Part shown: positions 40,746 through 51,235 of the stretch, piece by piece
Position numbering within the stretch: the stretch's first letter is position 1
Layout: every line of letters starts with the position of its first letter
Source: an uncultured Deinococcales bacterium
Lineage (GTDB): Bacteria; Deinococcota; Deinococci; Deinococcales; JAAFIG01
Direction of reading: 5' to 3'
DNA: 64,000 nt
NCBI GenBank assembly: GCA_964247135.1
Contig: CAXTTL010000001.1
Span: 51,557-115,556, forward strand
Made by a program: the position numbers and the translations under genes
The notes under the pieces: model-generated
What the model was told of the DNA's origin: nothing
Database searches by the model: none
Seen by the model: only the letters and a program-made list of their open reading frames with translations

Positions 40746-41627
40746 TTACACCTCGAGCATTTTTGGAACTTGTTCACGCAATCCTGGAAGCATGATCGTG
40801 TCCACGTACTCGCGGTCTTCGGCTCGAGCCGCCAAAAACGCCAAGTTGGTCAGCCATTCGGCAATCGTGAAGAACTTGCGTTTTTCCAGAAAGCCTTCTG
40901 GCAGGGGCAGCACCGTTTCGTAACCCGCCAAAAACGCAACTCGAGGATGATGCTCGAGATATCCGAAGGTGGTCGCAATATCGTAAGAGACAGGTCCAAA
41001 GCCGGAGCGCTCAAAGTCGATCATGGCAACCTTCGCGCCCTGCCAGACCATGTTTCCTGGGTGCAAATCGGCATGAATCAAATCCCAAGGAATGTTTGGC
41101 TCGTTAAAAGCCTGCTTCGCGCTAGCCATGCTCTTTTCAAACAGCGGCATATCGGGTTGCAACCAGTCAATTTCACGTAACTCGAGCAAAGTATTCTCGA
41201 GATACTGGCTGTCGTACTGAAGGCGTTCAAATCCTGCGGGCGGCTTGAATCCTCGAGCAACACTGTGAAAACGCGCCAGCAAGACGCCAACCGCCTCGGC
41301 TTGAATTTCGTTGATGGTCTCGAGCACCTCGCCGTCAATCCAGGAGAGCAACGAAAAACGCTGTGACTCGAGCGTTAAAATATAATTCCCAGCAGGCAAA
41401 GACACGGGGTGTTGAACCTCGAGTCCAGATTGATGCAAATAATTCAGCAGCAGCATTTCAGACTCGAGCATGGCAAGGCTGCGCGACTCGGCGCGGTGCT
41501 GGCGCAACAAATAGCGTTGATTACTCGCAGTGGTTACCAGAACATTGGTGTTTTCGGTGTTGCCAAGCGGCACAAAACTGCTCGCGGAAATACCGTATTG
41601 CTCGAGGATGCCGCTCAGGTCAACCAT
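40746..41627 (-). CDS. APH/homoserine kinase type II-like phosphotransferase
   Basis: TENTN, LIHADLHPGN, IDFE. Confidence 0.87.
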   Translation of the reverse strand: MVDLSGILEQYGISASSFVPLGNTENTNVLVTTASNQRYLLRQHRAESRSLAMLESEMLLLNYLHQSGLEVQHPVSLPAGNYILTLESQRFSLLSWIDGEVLETINEIQAEAVGVLLARFHSVARGFKPPAGFERLQYDSQYLENTLLELREIDWLQPDMPLFEKSMASAKQAFNEPNIPWDLIHADLHPGNMVWQGAKVAMIDFERSGFGPVSYDIATTFGYLEHHPRVAFLAGYETVLPLPEGFLEKRKFFTIAEWLTNLAFLAARAEDREYVDTIMLPGLREQVPKMLEV

Positions 41628-41633
41628 CAACGC

Positions 41634-42293
41634 TCACCGTGCCGCCCAGAGCATCCCGCGCCGCTCGATCTCTCGAGCTTCAAACACGTCAAAATCGCTG
41701 CGTACATGCCCGAGCGCACTGTAAAACACGCGCCCCAAACCCCAGCGTCGCCTCCAGACCACGGGCATGATGGTGTTTGCGATCCATTCACAGTGTTCAC
41801 CGTTAAAGGTGGTCGTGGCGAGGACTTCGTTGCTCGGGTCAACGTGCATAAAATATTGCTCGGAGTGCATTACAAAATCATTTAACCCCGCCACAATCGG
41901 GTCGCTCGAGGTGATGTTGACGGTGTAATCGATGATATTGCCAGGGTGCGCCACCCATTGTCCGCCGACCATAAATTGGTATTCGGTGTTGTTGCGAAAC
42001 GCGTCCGCCATGCCGCCGTGCCAACCGGCAAAACCCGTGCCCGCTTTGATGGTCTCGAGCAAGCCGCGTTCTTGCTCAGGCGTGATCGTGCTCATGGTGT
42101 AGACCTGCACGATCAAATCCTGCGCCTGCATGAATTCAGTCTCGAGGTAGCTGTCGAGCGTGTCGGAGACCGTGACTTCAAAACCCTCCAACTCGAGGAT
42201 TGGGGCGAACAGGTCAACACATTGTTTGGGTTCGTGACCCTCCCAACCGCCCCAGACGAACAACGCCCTCTTGGTTTTACCAGATTCTGTCAT
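41634..42293 (-). CDS. ThuA domain protein
   Basis: [38 protein letters not shown]. Leaderless TATGAT-6 nt-ATG. Confidence 0.9.
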   Translation of the reverse strand: MTESGKTKRALFVWGGWEGHEPKQCVDLFAPILELEGFEVTVSDTLDSYLETEFMQAQDLIVQVYTMSTITPEQERGLLETIKAGTGFAGWHGGMADAFRNNTEYQFMVGGQWVAHPGNIIDYTVNITSSDPIVAGLNDFVMHSEQYFMHVDPSNEVLATTTFNGEHCEWIANTIMPVVWRRRWGLGRVFYSALGHVRSDFDVFEAREIERRGMLWAAR

Positions 42294-42329
42294 AAGGTCA
42301 TCATAAGCCAATGTTGAGGCTCGAGAACT

Positions 42330-42905
42330 TCAGTCGTTCAGCACATTTTCGATGCGGCGATCAGGGATAAACCAGATGATCGAAACCGAGAGGTACAAAC
42401 CCATCGAAATCCAGTGGTTAAAAAATGCCATCGGAATGGCAATGATTAAAAACAGCAACGAGGTTTTGCCTTTTACATCGCTGCCGATGGCTTGCGCGAG
42501 TTTCGAGTTTGCGCCGTGAAAGTCGATCAATGCCAGCGTCAAGATGGTGTAGGCGACGGCGCACATCAGCATCACCACACCGTAGACGGCGACTGGACGC
42601 GAGGCGAATCCAGTTTCGCCCATCCAATTCGTGACGAACGGAATCAAGGACATCCAAAACAGCAGGTGCATGTTCGCCCAAAGGATTTTGCCGTTGACTT
42701 TTTCGACGGCGTGCATGGTGTGATGATGGTTGTTCCAGTAAATACCAACAAAAATAAAGCTTATGACATAACTCAAGAACACTGGAATGAGCGGCTTGAG
42801 TGCTTCAAAATCCTCACCGTGCGGGATTTTTAACTCGAGCACCATGATGGTAATGATGATGGCAATAACGCCGTCGCTAAAGGCTTCCAGTCGTGTTTTG
42901 TTCAA
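42330..42905 (-). CDS. TMEM175/DUF1211 family potassium channel
   Basis: RLEAFSDGVIAIIITIMVLE signature, YWNNHH. TTG start. Confidence 0.92.
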   Translation of the reverse strand: MNKTRLEAFSDGVIAIIITIMVLELKIPHGEDFEALKPLIPVFLSYVISFIFVGIYWNNHHHTMHAVEKVNGKILWANMHLLFWMSLIPFVTNWMGETGFASRPVAVYGVVMLMCAVAYTILTLALIDFHGANSKLAQAIGSDVKGKTSLLFLIIAIPMAFFNHWISMGLYLSVSIIWFIPDRRIENVLND

Positions 42906-43047
42906 AGCCGTACCCCCAGTTGAAATGCCATATCTTAACGCCGCCTGGCGCTGTGGATGAACGCTCAAACTGCATTCGGGTCCAATTGTCACAAGATTGT
43001 CGTGATACTCGAGGTTTGCTGGCTGCATTCGCAGTATCATGAGGGCA

Positions 43048-44094
43048 ATGAACATTCCATTGTTAAAAGTGTTGTCCGAAGTGACTGGTGTTCCTGGGCG
43101 CGAAGAGCGCGTGCGTGAGATCGTCAGGCTCGAGTTAAAAGGGCTTGTGGACGAAATCCGCGAAGATGCGCTCGGCAATTTGATTGCGCTAAAACGCGCC
43201 ACCGTCAAACCCAAGAAAAACTCGAGCGCCCGCAAGGTCATGCTCTCGGCACACATGGACGAAATTGGCTTTATGGTGAAATATATTGACGACAAAGGTT
43301 TCTTGCGGGTGCAACAGCTCGGTGGTTTTGACGCCCGAAATTTGTTCGCCCGTCAGGTGGTGGTCTGCGCCAAAGACGGTGACCTGCCGGGTATTTTGCA
43401 ACCCAGCGGTCGCCCCATTCACATCTCGAGCCTTGAAGACCGCGCCAAAAACCCCGAGATCAAACAATTTTTTGTGGACACCGGTTTAAGCGCCAGTGAG
43501 GTCAAGCAAAAGGTTCGGATCGGTGATCCAGTGGGCTTGACCCAAACCTTCCGCGAGGTCGGGGCTTATGTTGCGGGCAAATGCCTCGATGATCGAATTT
43601 GGGTGTTTGTGCTGCTCGAGACTTTAAAAGCCTTGAAGGGCAAGCAACACAAGGACGACATTTACGCGGTCTTCAGCGTCCAAGAAGAAATTGGCTTGCG
43701 CGGTGCGGTGGTCGCGGCTTACGGCATCGAACCCGACATCGGTATTGGACTGGACACCACGCTGGCGGTGGACATCCCGGGCGTCGAAAAAGATGAATCG
43801 GTGACCGTGACCGGCAACGGTGTTGGGATCAAAGTCTTTGACTCGAGCATGGTGGCAACACATTGGTTGGTCGAAGAATTTGCCGATCTTGCCGACCAGA
43901 AAAAAATAAAGTACCAACTCGAGGTATTGCCGCTCGGCGGTACGGACGCGGGTGCGATTCAACGGAGTCGTTCGGGTACGGCAAGCATCACGTTGTCCTT
44001 GCCGAGCCGTTACGTCCATACGGTGCAAGAGACGGTTCACAAAGATGATCTGGATGCGGCGTTGAAGCTGTTGACCGCATGGCTGGTTCAATAG
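43048..44094 (+). CDS. M42 family aminopeptidase
   Basis: AHMDEIG, LDDR, QEEIGLRGA, GGTDAG, RYVHT. Confidence 0.93.
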   Translation: MNIPLLKVLSEVTGVPGREERVREIVRLELKGLVDEIREDALGNLIALKRATVKPKKNSSARKVMLSAHMDEIGFMVKYIDDKGFLRVQQLGGFDARNLFARQVVVCAKDGDLPGILQPSGRPIHISSLEDRAKNPEIKQFFVDTGLSASEVKQKVRIGDPVGLTQTFREVGAYVAGKCLDDRIWVFVLLETLKALKGKQHKDDIYAVFSVQEEIGLRGAVVAAYGIEPDIGIGLDTTLAVDIPGVEKDESVTVTGNGVGIKVFDSSMVATHWLVEEFADLADQKKIKYQLEVLPLGGTDAGAIQRSRSGTASITLSLPSRYVHTVQETVHKDDLDAALKLLTAWLVQ

Positions 44095-44390
44095 ATTTAA
44101 GGCGTTAAAGCCAAAGCCAAACGGGCGTATTCTCGCAGTAAAGTTGTGGCTGGTTGAATCGCTTGGGCTTGCTCGAGATTTTGTTCGGGAAAATTGCGCG
44201 ACAGCCGTAATCTGTGCTCCAAGACTGCCTCAGTGTTTTCATTGTCAAGCCATTTGCAAACACCGCCATCTCGAGAGACACCGAGTGACACGATGTAAAG
44301 CGTTACTGGCATCGGGTCTTTCGCGTCTTCATCGCATTTTTGGCTGCTCGAGAATCGAGTGTTACGTTCTGCACGAAACATCATCCGCTC

Positions 44391-44449
44391 TTGACAGGCG
44401 ACACCCAATAGGTAGTATTATTTCTTCATAGATGCACTAGATATGGGAA
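44391..44449 (+). promoter_or_regulatory. nrdJ promoter with tandem NrdR boxes
   Basis: TTGACA at 44391. accCAATAGGTAGtat (44403-44418) and gcaCTAGATATGGgaa (44434-44449) fit acaCwAtATaTwGtgt and are 31 bp apart. Confidence 0.72.
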
Positions 44450-44660
44450 TACGCCGAGGGCATTCCAAAGTCATCTCGCGGAGATCACGATGCTCGAGAA
44501 ACCGATCAAAACCGCTCGAAACATCGTCCACAACACCTTGCGCCTTCAAAAATAATTCCCACGGTACCCGCGCCGTATAACGGTGCTTTTTTATTGTCGC
44601 GCCATCAACACCAAACGATTCAGACGCCATGATCGGCGTGCCAACCACAAGGGGAGAACC

Positions 44661-47600
44661 ATGACACTATCGCTCGAACCACAAACCGCCTACCACTTCG
44701 ACGACCACGCGCAATCAATGGCAAAACGCCAATACATGTTCGAGTCGGACAAAGACGTGTTCGGCATGTTCCGCCGCGTTGCCGACTGGGTGGCGGGCGG
44801 CGAAAAATCGAGCGAATTGCGCGCAAAATGGGGCGCACAATTTTACGACCTGATGGCGAGCAAGCGCTTCTGCCCAGGCGGACGCGTGCTGGCGGGCGCC
44901 GGCACACAACACGGCAATGTCTTAAACTGCTTTGTCCAGGGCGCAACCGATCACGACCCCTCGAGCTTTGAGGGCGTGATGGAGGTTGCCAAAAAACTTG
45001 CGCTGGTCACCAAAGTCGGCGGCGGCAACGGCGTGAACCTCGACGTCTATGCCCCTCGAGCCGCCAGCAGTCGCCGTGACGCAGGGGTGCGCGGTTGGGC
45101 GTACATGAGCGCCAGCCACCTCGATGTCGAAGATTTTATCAAAGGCTTGATGCGCCCACCGACCCAACCCGACGGGGCGAAACAACCGACCACCGTGCGC
45201 AACTGGACCAAAGCGATTTACGGCGTGGTCGGTCCAGCCATCTCGAGCCTGGCGCGTCAATACGGCGTGACGATTGTGCCAGAATTGCCTGAAGGCGTCG
45301 AGGTGATCCGCGACGACATGGGCGGCATCATCGACGCCGCCAGAATTGTTGCCGAACAAGCCAAAATGAACCTCGAGCCTCGGATTGATCTGACGGGCTT
45401 GCGAGCCGAAGGCGCAGAAATCAAAGGTTCTGGCGGAAGCTCGAGCGGACCGGTGTCGTTCCTGTTCGAGATTTTTGACAACTTCCTCGAGTGGGCGAAC
45501 TTGGGCGCGGAAACCTCGGGACCCGTGAACACTTTGCGTTACTGTTATGCACCAGTATTGCGTGTGGTACGTCAGGGTGGTTGCCTCCATCCCGACACGC
45601 TGGTTCACACCTCGAGGGGTACATTGCGCCTTCGTGAACTGGTGGGCGGCTACCAATTCGGGCATCAACAACATCAACTTCAAGTTGCCACCGACCAAGG
45701 CTGGAAAGACAGCTTGGAAGGCTTTAACAACGGCATTGCCAACACCCTCAAAATTACTCTCGAGAATGGTTTCGAGCTTCAAGGCACACCCAACCACAAA
45801 CTCAAAGTCATGCGCGAAAACGGCAAACGCGAATGGCTGCGCTTTGACGAACTCCAAGCAAACGATTTTGTCATCCAAGTGCTCGACCAACACACGGGCA
45901 GCCCTGTGCAACTCGAGCCACCCAGCGAACAGCATTTCAATGCCACGCCGATCACCACAACCGACACCCTAACCGAAGACCTTGCATTTTTCTTGGGCTA
46001 CTTCTGGGGCGATGGTTTTGTCAGCACAGGCGGACGCATTGGTTTGTGCGCCTCGCACGATAGTGTCATGATGCAACGCGCCCCAGCAATGTTTCAGGAA
46101 TTGTTCGGTTTGAATGTCAGTTTGCAACAAAAACCCAACGACAAAAGCGCTGTGTTTGTCGTCAAAAGCGCGGTACTGACCAACTGGTTAAGTCAAAACG
46201 GCTTGTTGAAAACCAAAGCTGCCGACCTCGAGTTACCCCGTGCGATACGTCAAGCGCCACGTCATGTTTTGGCTGCATTCTTGCGCGGTTTGTTCGAGGC
46301 TGACGGCGGAGTGAGCGAACACTACCCATACCTTTCGAGCGCCTCCAAGCAACTTGTGCAAGATGTTGCGGTCATGCTCGGCGGATTGGGCATTCCGACC
46401 CGCATTGCGACTTACGCCCCAAGGGAAGACCGTTACTCTCAAAGCGAACACTACCGTTTGCGGGTCGAAACTAGCCTCGGCTTGAAGAACTTCCTCGAGC
46501 GCGTCAACTGTATTGAAGGCTCGAGGTTTGAAACATTGAGAACTTTTACACCCGATGACACTCGAGCCTCGAGTTGGGAATTGCCACACGCCTCGGCACT
46601 GCTCGAGCCTGTGTTCAACAACCTTCCAGCAGGTCGAAAAAATTATCCTTCTGAATTTACCCAGACCCGCAAAACCCTCTCGAGGTACATTCGCGGTGAG
46701 CGCTCACTGACCATGACAGGCATGGCTCGTCTTGCGCAAAATGCCCAGATTGCCGAAATGCTGCCCGAAGTCAGCTTTGATGAATACTTTGTCCCCGTCA
46801 AATCTATTGAAGTGGGCGGACGCATTTTGACGCTCGATATCAGCGTAAACGAAAACCACACTTACCTGGCAAACGGGATGGTCAGTCACAACACGCGTCG
46901 CGGCGCTGGGATGGCAACCATCAGCATCGATCACGCCGACGTTCTGGATTTTCTGACCGCCAAAGACCTTGACCGCGAAAGCGCTGAGGGCGACATTTCA
47001 ACCTTCAACATCTCGATTCTGGCAACCGAGCGCTTCATTCAAACCCTCGAGAAAGACGGACTCTGGAACATCACACCGCTTGAGGTCAGCGCCAAATACC
47101 ACATCGTTAAACTCGAGGGCGAATACAAGGGCAAGATTCCAACGCTCGAAACTCGGGTGTTGGACGGCGCGAAAGGCGTGCCATTGTACGCGGGAGGTGT
47201 TCCCGCCCGTTGGTTGTGGCGCGAGATTGCCACGCACGCCTGGAGTACGGGCGAACCAGGCTTGATTTTCAATGACCGCATCAACGAATTCAGTGCGCTG
47301 AAAAACCTTGGTGAACGTTATCAAATTAAGAGTACAAATCCTTGCGTGACTGCTGACACTTGGGTGATGACTCGTACAGGTGCGCAACAAGTTCAAAACC
47401 TTATTGGCAAGGACTTTTGTGCAGTTGTGGACGGAGAAATCTACCAAGCCGCAGGCGGATTCTGGTTGACTGGTGTTAAACCAGTCTTAAAACTTCGCAC
47501 CAAGCGGGGTTACGAATTGCGTTTGACGGGCAATCATCAACTGTTACAAGTCACAAAACAAACTCGAGACAACCAAGAAACAATGTGGACAGAAACGCAA

Positions 47601-50036
47601 AATTTGAAGATCGGTGACAGCATAAAACTCAACGATCATCGCAATTTGGCATTCTGGAGCGGACGTGGCAATCAGGCTGAAGGGTGGTTGCTTGGCAACT
47701 TGATCGGTGATGGTACGTTCTTAATAGACAAAGCCCGTCCAATGGCAGCACTGGATTACTGGGGTGATGCTCGAGTCGAGAATCTAGCTCGAGCCAAGAA
47801 AATGCTCCAACGCTTGTCCGCAACAGCAAAACTTTGGCACAGCGAAAATGAAACCCACAATCGCAGCCGTCTGAGTAGCGAGGCACTTGCAACCCTAGCC
47901 GAAAAATACGGGGTGAAACACGGTCACAAGACCATCACTGATGAGATCGAACAAGGCAATACCCGTTTTTATCAAGGCTTTTTGCAAGGATTGTTTGATG
48001 CCGACGGCAGTGTTCAAGGCACACAGCAAAAAGGGGTCAGTGTGCGTCTGGCACAAAGTAACCTCGAGTTGTTGCGCCGTGTGCAGCGCATGTTGTCACG
48101 TTTGGGTATTCTCTCGAGTATCTTTGAGAACCGTCGTAATCAACACAACAAATTCATGCCAGATGGACGCGGTGGACAAAAAGAGTACACCGTACAAGCC
48201 CAGCACGAATTGATTATCACTGGCAGCAACTTACAAGTATTCCTCGAGCGTATAGGGTTTAGCGAAACAGCCAAACAAACCACATTGACCAAGCTTCTCG
48301 AGTCTTATCAACGCCGTTTAAACCGCGAGCGTTTCGCTGACCAGGTTGTGAGTATCGAACTTGACGGCGAAGAGGCTGTATACGACGTTACAGTGGATAG
48401 CATCCATGCTTTTGATGCAAATTGTATCTTGGCTCACAATTGTGGCGAGATTCCGTTGACGGTAGGCGAACCGTGCGATTTAGGCGCAATCAACCTCGCC
48501 GCATACGTCGAAAAAGGCACATTCAACTTCAAAAAATTCCGTTCCGACGTGCGCGACTGCACCCGCTTCCTCGACGACGTGCTCGAGGTCAACAAGTTCG
48601 CCCTCGAGGACAACCGCATTGCCAGCCAGGACTTGCGCCGTCTTGGGTTGGGCGTGATGGGACTTGCCGATGCCTTGATTTTGATGGGCTTGCGTTACGA
48701 CCGCCAGGACGGGCGCGATATGATCGACCAGATCATGAGCACCATGCGCGAGGAAGCCGTGCGTGAATCCGAAAACCTGGGTCTCGAGCGTGGTGTCTAT
48801 CCAGTCTTCGAGCGGTATCAAGACAAAATTCCCCACGCGCCGCGCCGCAACGTTGCGGTCTTGACGGTCGCCCCAACAGGCACGACCAGCATGTTGATGG
48901 GCGTCTCGAGCGGCATCGAACCCGTGTTTTCGCCGTTCATTTGGCGCAAGATCGGCAGCGATTACAAAGCCTTGATCGCGCCACTGTTCCAAGAGTTGCT
49001 CGAGCAATTCCCAGCACACCCGCAGTACGCCAGGGACGGACGCTGGGATTGGGATAAAGTCACCGAAGCCCTTGGCGGCAATCACGGCTCTTGCGTCGGA
49101 CTGGATTTTGTACCGCAAGTGGTGCAAGACGTGTTCGTTTGCGCCCACGACATCGCGCCGCTCGACCATGTGCGGATGCAAGGCACGGTGCAAAAAGCCT
49201 TTGACCGCGAAGGATTCGCCGCGAACAGCCTCTCGAAAACCATCAATCTGCCCAACAGTGCCACCGTCGAAGAAATCGAGGCGGCGTATCTCGAGGCGTA
49301 CAAAACGGGTTGCAAAGGGATTACGGTCTACCGCGACGGCAGCCGTCAATTTCAGGTGTTAAGCGTCAGCAAAGACGAGAAAAAAGAGGAAGTTAAAGAG
49401 ACCAAGCTCGAGTTGAAACCAGAATTGACCGAATCGAGCGACAACCACACCTGGCAAGCCTCGCCCAAATTTCAACCAGGCAAACCAATTCTCGAGCGAC
49501 CAACGCGGTTGACGGGCGTGACCGACATGGTGAAACTGACCGACTTGGGCGCGGGGTCAAAACGCACGTTCTTGATTACCACCAACACGCTCGAGGGCAA
49601 ACCGATGGAAGTCGTGGTCGTCTCGGGACGTGCAGGAGACGAGGCGAACGCGGACTCCGAAGCTTTGGGGCGCGTGGTTAGCATTGCGCTGCAATACGGT
49701 GTGCCAGCCGAAGCGATTCAGAAGACTTTGCGCGGCATCAACGGCGGGTTGTACGGGAGTTACAACGGGCGCTTGGTCGCCAGCAAAGCAGACCTGATTG
49801 CGGTGGCGCTCGAGAGTACCAGCAGCACGGGCGGCGTGAAGCCAGCCGAGCAACCACTCCTCTACCCGATTCTGGAAGGTGCAGCACCAGAAAACTCGAG
49901 CGACACGCCACTTTTCAGGAATGTGAAAGCGGTGGAAATGAAAGGCGAGAAATGCCCGAGTTGCTCGAGTCCGAACTTGGTGCGGGAAGAGGGATGCTTG
50001 AAATGCCAGAGTTGCGGATACAGCAAGTGCGGGTGA
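44661..50036 (+). CDS. nrdJ: Adenosylcobalamin-dependent (class II) ribonucleotide reductase with two inteins
   Basis: PGGRVL, NCFV, QGG|TRRGA, GEPG, TNP|CGEIPL, CDLGAINL, APTGT, GCKGITVYRDGSR, C-terminal TSCPD-like region and Zn ribbon. About 988 aa after splicing. Confidence 0.95.
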   Translation: MTLSLEPQTAYHFDDHAQSMAKRQYMFESDKDVFGMFRRVADWVAGGEKSSELRAKWGAQFYDLMASKRFCPGGRVLAGAGTQHGNVLNCFVQGATDHDPSSFEGVMEVAKKLALVTKVGGGNGVNLDVYAPRAASSRRDAGVRGWAYMSASHLDVEDFIKGLMRPPTQPDGAKQPTTVRNWTKAIYGVVGPAISSLARQYGVTIVPELPEGVEVIRDDMGGIIDAARIVAEQAKMNLEPRIDLTGLRAEGAEIKGSGGSSSGPVSFLFEIFDNFLEWANLGAETSGPVNTLRYCYAPVLRVVRQGGCLHPDTLVHTSRGTLRLRELVGGYQFGHQQHQLQVATDQGWKDSLEGFNNGIANTLKITLENGFELQGTPNHKLKVMRENGKREWLRFDELQANDFVIQVLDQHTGSPVQLEPPSEQHFNATPITTTDTLTEDLAFFLGYFWGDGFVSTGGRIGLCASHDSVMMQRAPAMFQELFGLNVSLQQKPNDKSAVFVVKSAVLTNWLSQNGLLKTKAADLELPRAIRQAPRHVLAAFLRGLFEADGGVSEHYPYLSSASKQLVQDVAVMLGGLGIPTRIATYAPREDRYSQSEHYRLRVETSLGLKNFLERVNCIEGSRFETLRTFTPDDTRASSWELPHASALLEPVFNNLPAGRKNYPSEFTQTRKTLSRYIRGERSLTMTGMARLAQNAQIAEMLPEVSFDEYFVPVKSIEVGGRILTLDISVNENHTYLANGMVSHNTRRGAGMATISIDHADVLDFLTAKDLDRESAEGDISTFNISILATERFIQTLEKDGLWNITPLEVSAKYHIVKLEGEYKGKIPTLETRVLDGAKGVPLYAGGVPARWLWREIATHAWSTGEPGLIFNDRINEFSALKNLGERYQIKSTNPCVTADTWVMTRTGAQQVQNLIGKDFCAVVDGEIYQAAGGFWLTGVKPVLKLRTKRGYELRLTGNHQLLQVTKQTRDNQETMWTETQNLKIGDSIKLNDHRNLAFWSGRGNQAEGWLLGNLIGDGTFLIDKARPMAALDYWGDARVENLARAKKMLQRLSATAKLWHSENETHNRSRLSSEALATLAEKYGVKHGHKTITDEIEQGNTRFYQGFLQGLFDADGSVQGTQQKGVSVRLAQSNLELLRRVQRMLSRLGILSSIFENRRNQHNKFMPDGRGGQKEYTVQAQHELIITGSNLQVFLERIGFSETAKQTTLTKLLESYQRRLNRERFADQVVSIELDGEEAVYDVTVDSIHAFDANCILAHNCGEIPLTVGEPCDLGAINLAAYVEKGTFNFKKFRSDVRDCTRFLDDVLEVNKFALEDNRIASQDLRRLGLGVMGLADALILMGLRYDRQDGRDMIDQIMSTMREEAVRESENLGLERGVYPVFERYQDKIPHAPRRNVAVLTVAPTGTTSMLMGVSSGIEPVFSPFIWRKIGSDYKALIAPLFQELLEQFPAHPQYARDGRWDWDKVTEALGGNHGSCVGLDFVPQVVQDVFVCAHDIAPLDHVRMQGTVQKAFDREGFAANSLSKTINLPNSATVEEIEAAYLEAYKTGCKGITVYRDGSRQFQVLSVSKDEKKEEVKETKLELKPELTESSDNHTWQASPKFQPGKPILERPTRLTGVTDMVKLTDLGAGSKRTFLITTNTLEGKPMEVVVVSGRAGDEANADSEALGRVVSIALQYGVPAEAIQKTLRGINGGLYGSYNGRLVASKADLIAVALESTSSTGGVKPAEQPLLYPILEGAAPENSSDTPLFRNVKAVEMKGEKCPSCSSPNLVREEGCLKCQSCGYSKCG
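45582..46892 (+). mobile_element. Intein 1 (437 aa) with LAGLIDADG homing endonuclease
   Basis: Starts CLHPDT, block B GTPNH, LGYFWGDG and FLRGLFEADG motifs, ends VSHN|T. Confidence 0.93.
47343..48440 (+). mobile_element. Intein 2 (366 aa) with LAGLIDADG homing endonuclease
   Basis: Starts CVTADT, LTGNH, LGNLIGDG and FLQGLFDADG motifs, ends LAHN|C. Sits just before the catalytic Cys of NPCGE. Confidence 0.93.
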
Positions 50037-50070
50037 AATGAACATGCCCGCTCGAGTATCCCGATAATTT

Positions 50071-50481
50071 ATGGCAAAAGACTTTTTCAGTGAAGCCGTC
50101 AAAAACGCTCTTCGCAAAGATGGTTGGGAAATCACCAACGACCCACTCGCGCTCGAGTACGGCGATGCAGCATTTGAAATTGATCTTGGCGCAGAACGAA
50201 TCGTCGGCGCAGAACGAAGTGGTAAACGAATTGCCGTAGAAATCAAAACCTTTATTCGCAAATCTGCATCACACGAATTCAGTGGATCGCTGGGTCAATA
50301 CCTCAGTTACCGTCACGCATTGACGCAAATTGACCCAGATCGAAAACTCTTTCTTGCCATTCCAAGCAGCGCCTATCAAGGATTCTTTCAAAGCCGATTT
50401 GCAAAAGAAATGATTGACATACACAAAATAGCGCTTGTGGTCTACAATCCAGAGCAAGAGGTGATCGAAGCATGGCTCTGA
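50071..50481 (+). CDS. xisH: XisH family protein (PD-(D/E)xK fold)
   Basis: AKDFFSEAVKNALRKDGWEITNDPL, IDLGAE, IAVEIKTF, LGQYLSY. The start may be slightly upstream. Confidence 0.9.
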   Translation: MAKDFFSEAVKNALRKDGWEITNDPLALEYGDAAFEIDLGAERIVGAERSGKRIAVEIKTFIRKSASHEFSGSLGQYLSYRHALTQIDPDRKLFLAIPSSAYQGFFQSRFAKEMIDIHKIALVVYNPEQEVIEAWL

Positions 50482-50822
50482 AAAAACTCCAAAAAGCGGT
50501 TCATCAGGTTTTTGACGCACTCAAAGCCAAGCAAGTGCTGTTACCAGCAGGCATCGAACGCCAGTTTTTGATGGACGACCAAAACGGGCATTACCAACTG
50601 CAAAACATCGGTTGGCAAGACTCGAGGTACACCCATAGCACTTTGGTTCATGTGGACATCAAAAACGATTTTGTTTGGGTGCAAGTGGACAACACCGAAT
50701 ACAACATTGTGGATTCGCTGCTCGAGCAGGGAGTGCCAGAAAATCGGATTGTGCTTGGATTTCAAGCGCCGTTTCAAAGGCAGTTTAGTGGGTTTGCAAC
50801 TGGGAACGAAATTCCTGTCTAA
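50472..50822 (+). CDS. xisI: XisI family protein
   Basis: HYQLQNIGW, HVDIK..VWVQVDNTE, LLEQGVPENRIVLGF. Confidence 0.9.
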   Translation: MALKKLQKAVHQVFDALKAKQVLLPAGIERQFLMDDQNGHYQLQNIGWQDSRYTHSTLVHVDIKNDFVWVQVDNTEYNIVDSLLEQGVPENRIVLGFQAPFQRQFSGFATGNEIPV

Positions 50823-50888
50823 GCCGTGTGCGAAAGACAGAATCTCAAGTTAGCACAATATTAAGTCTAACCATGTAGAATCGAGATC

Positions 50889-51125
50889 ATGCAAGCCGCA
50901 AATAGCACCGCCGCAGAATTTCTCGAGAAACGCGGGTTGTATTTGAATGCTGGCGCGATTGAGGTTTGGGAATGTGGGCAGGATGGGGAGATGCGGTTTT
51001 ACAACTCGAGTGGGGAGTTGGAACGGTCTGAATTGGTTGCGGATTTTTCTAAAGTGATGTCTGTTTCATTGCAGTGGCACGCCCTATCCCTGAACGAGCG
51101 TTCTCAGTTTCATAGTCACAATTAA
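50889..51125 (+). pseudogene. Uma2 family C-terminal fragment
   Basis: EKRGLYLNAGAIEVWEC..GEMRFY..SELV matches the C-terminal part of Uma2. The catalytic N-terminal half is missing. Confidence 0.6.
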
Positions 51126-51235
51126 GTATTCTTGTTTGAATGTCTGCCTTGTAGCCAAGTTCTTACATTGCACAAAATAGTCTTCCCAATGAGAATTGTG
51201 CAATACTTTAGTTACTAAGGAGCAACAAACTACAT

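Noticed and set aside
44097-44408. Short minus-strand ORF
   Set aside because: No recognisable motif or convincing start, and it overlaps the nrdJ promoter region. Possibly a remnant.
50071-50822. fdxN excision element or heterocyst/nif context
   Set aside because: No XisF recombinase and no nif genes. XisH/XisI commonly occur alone.
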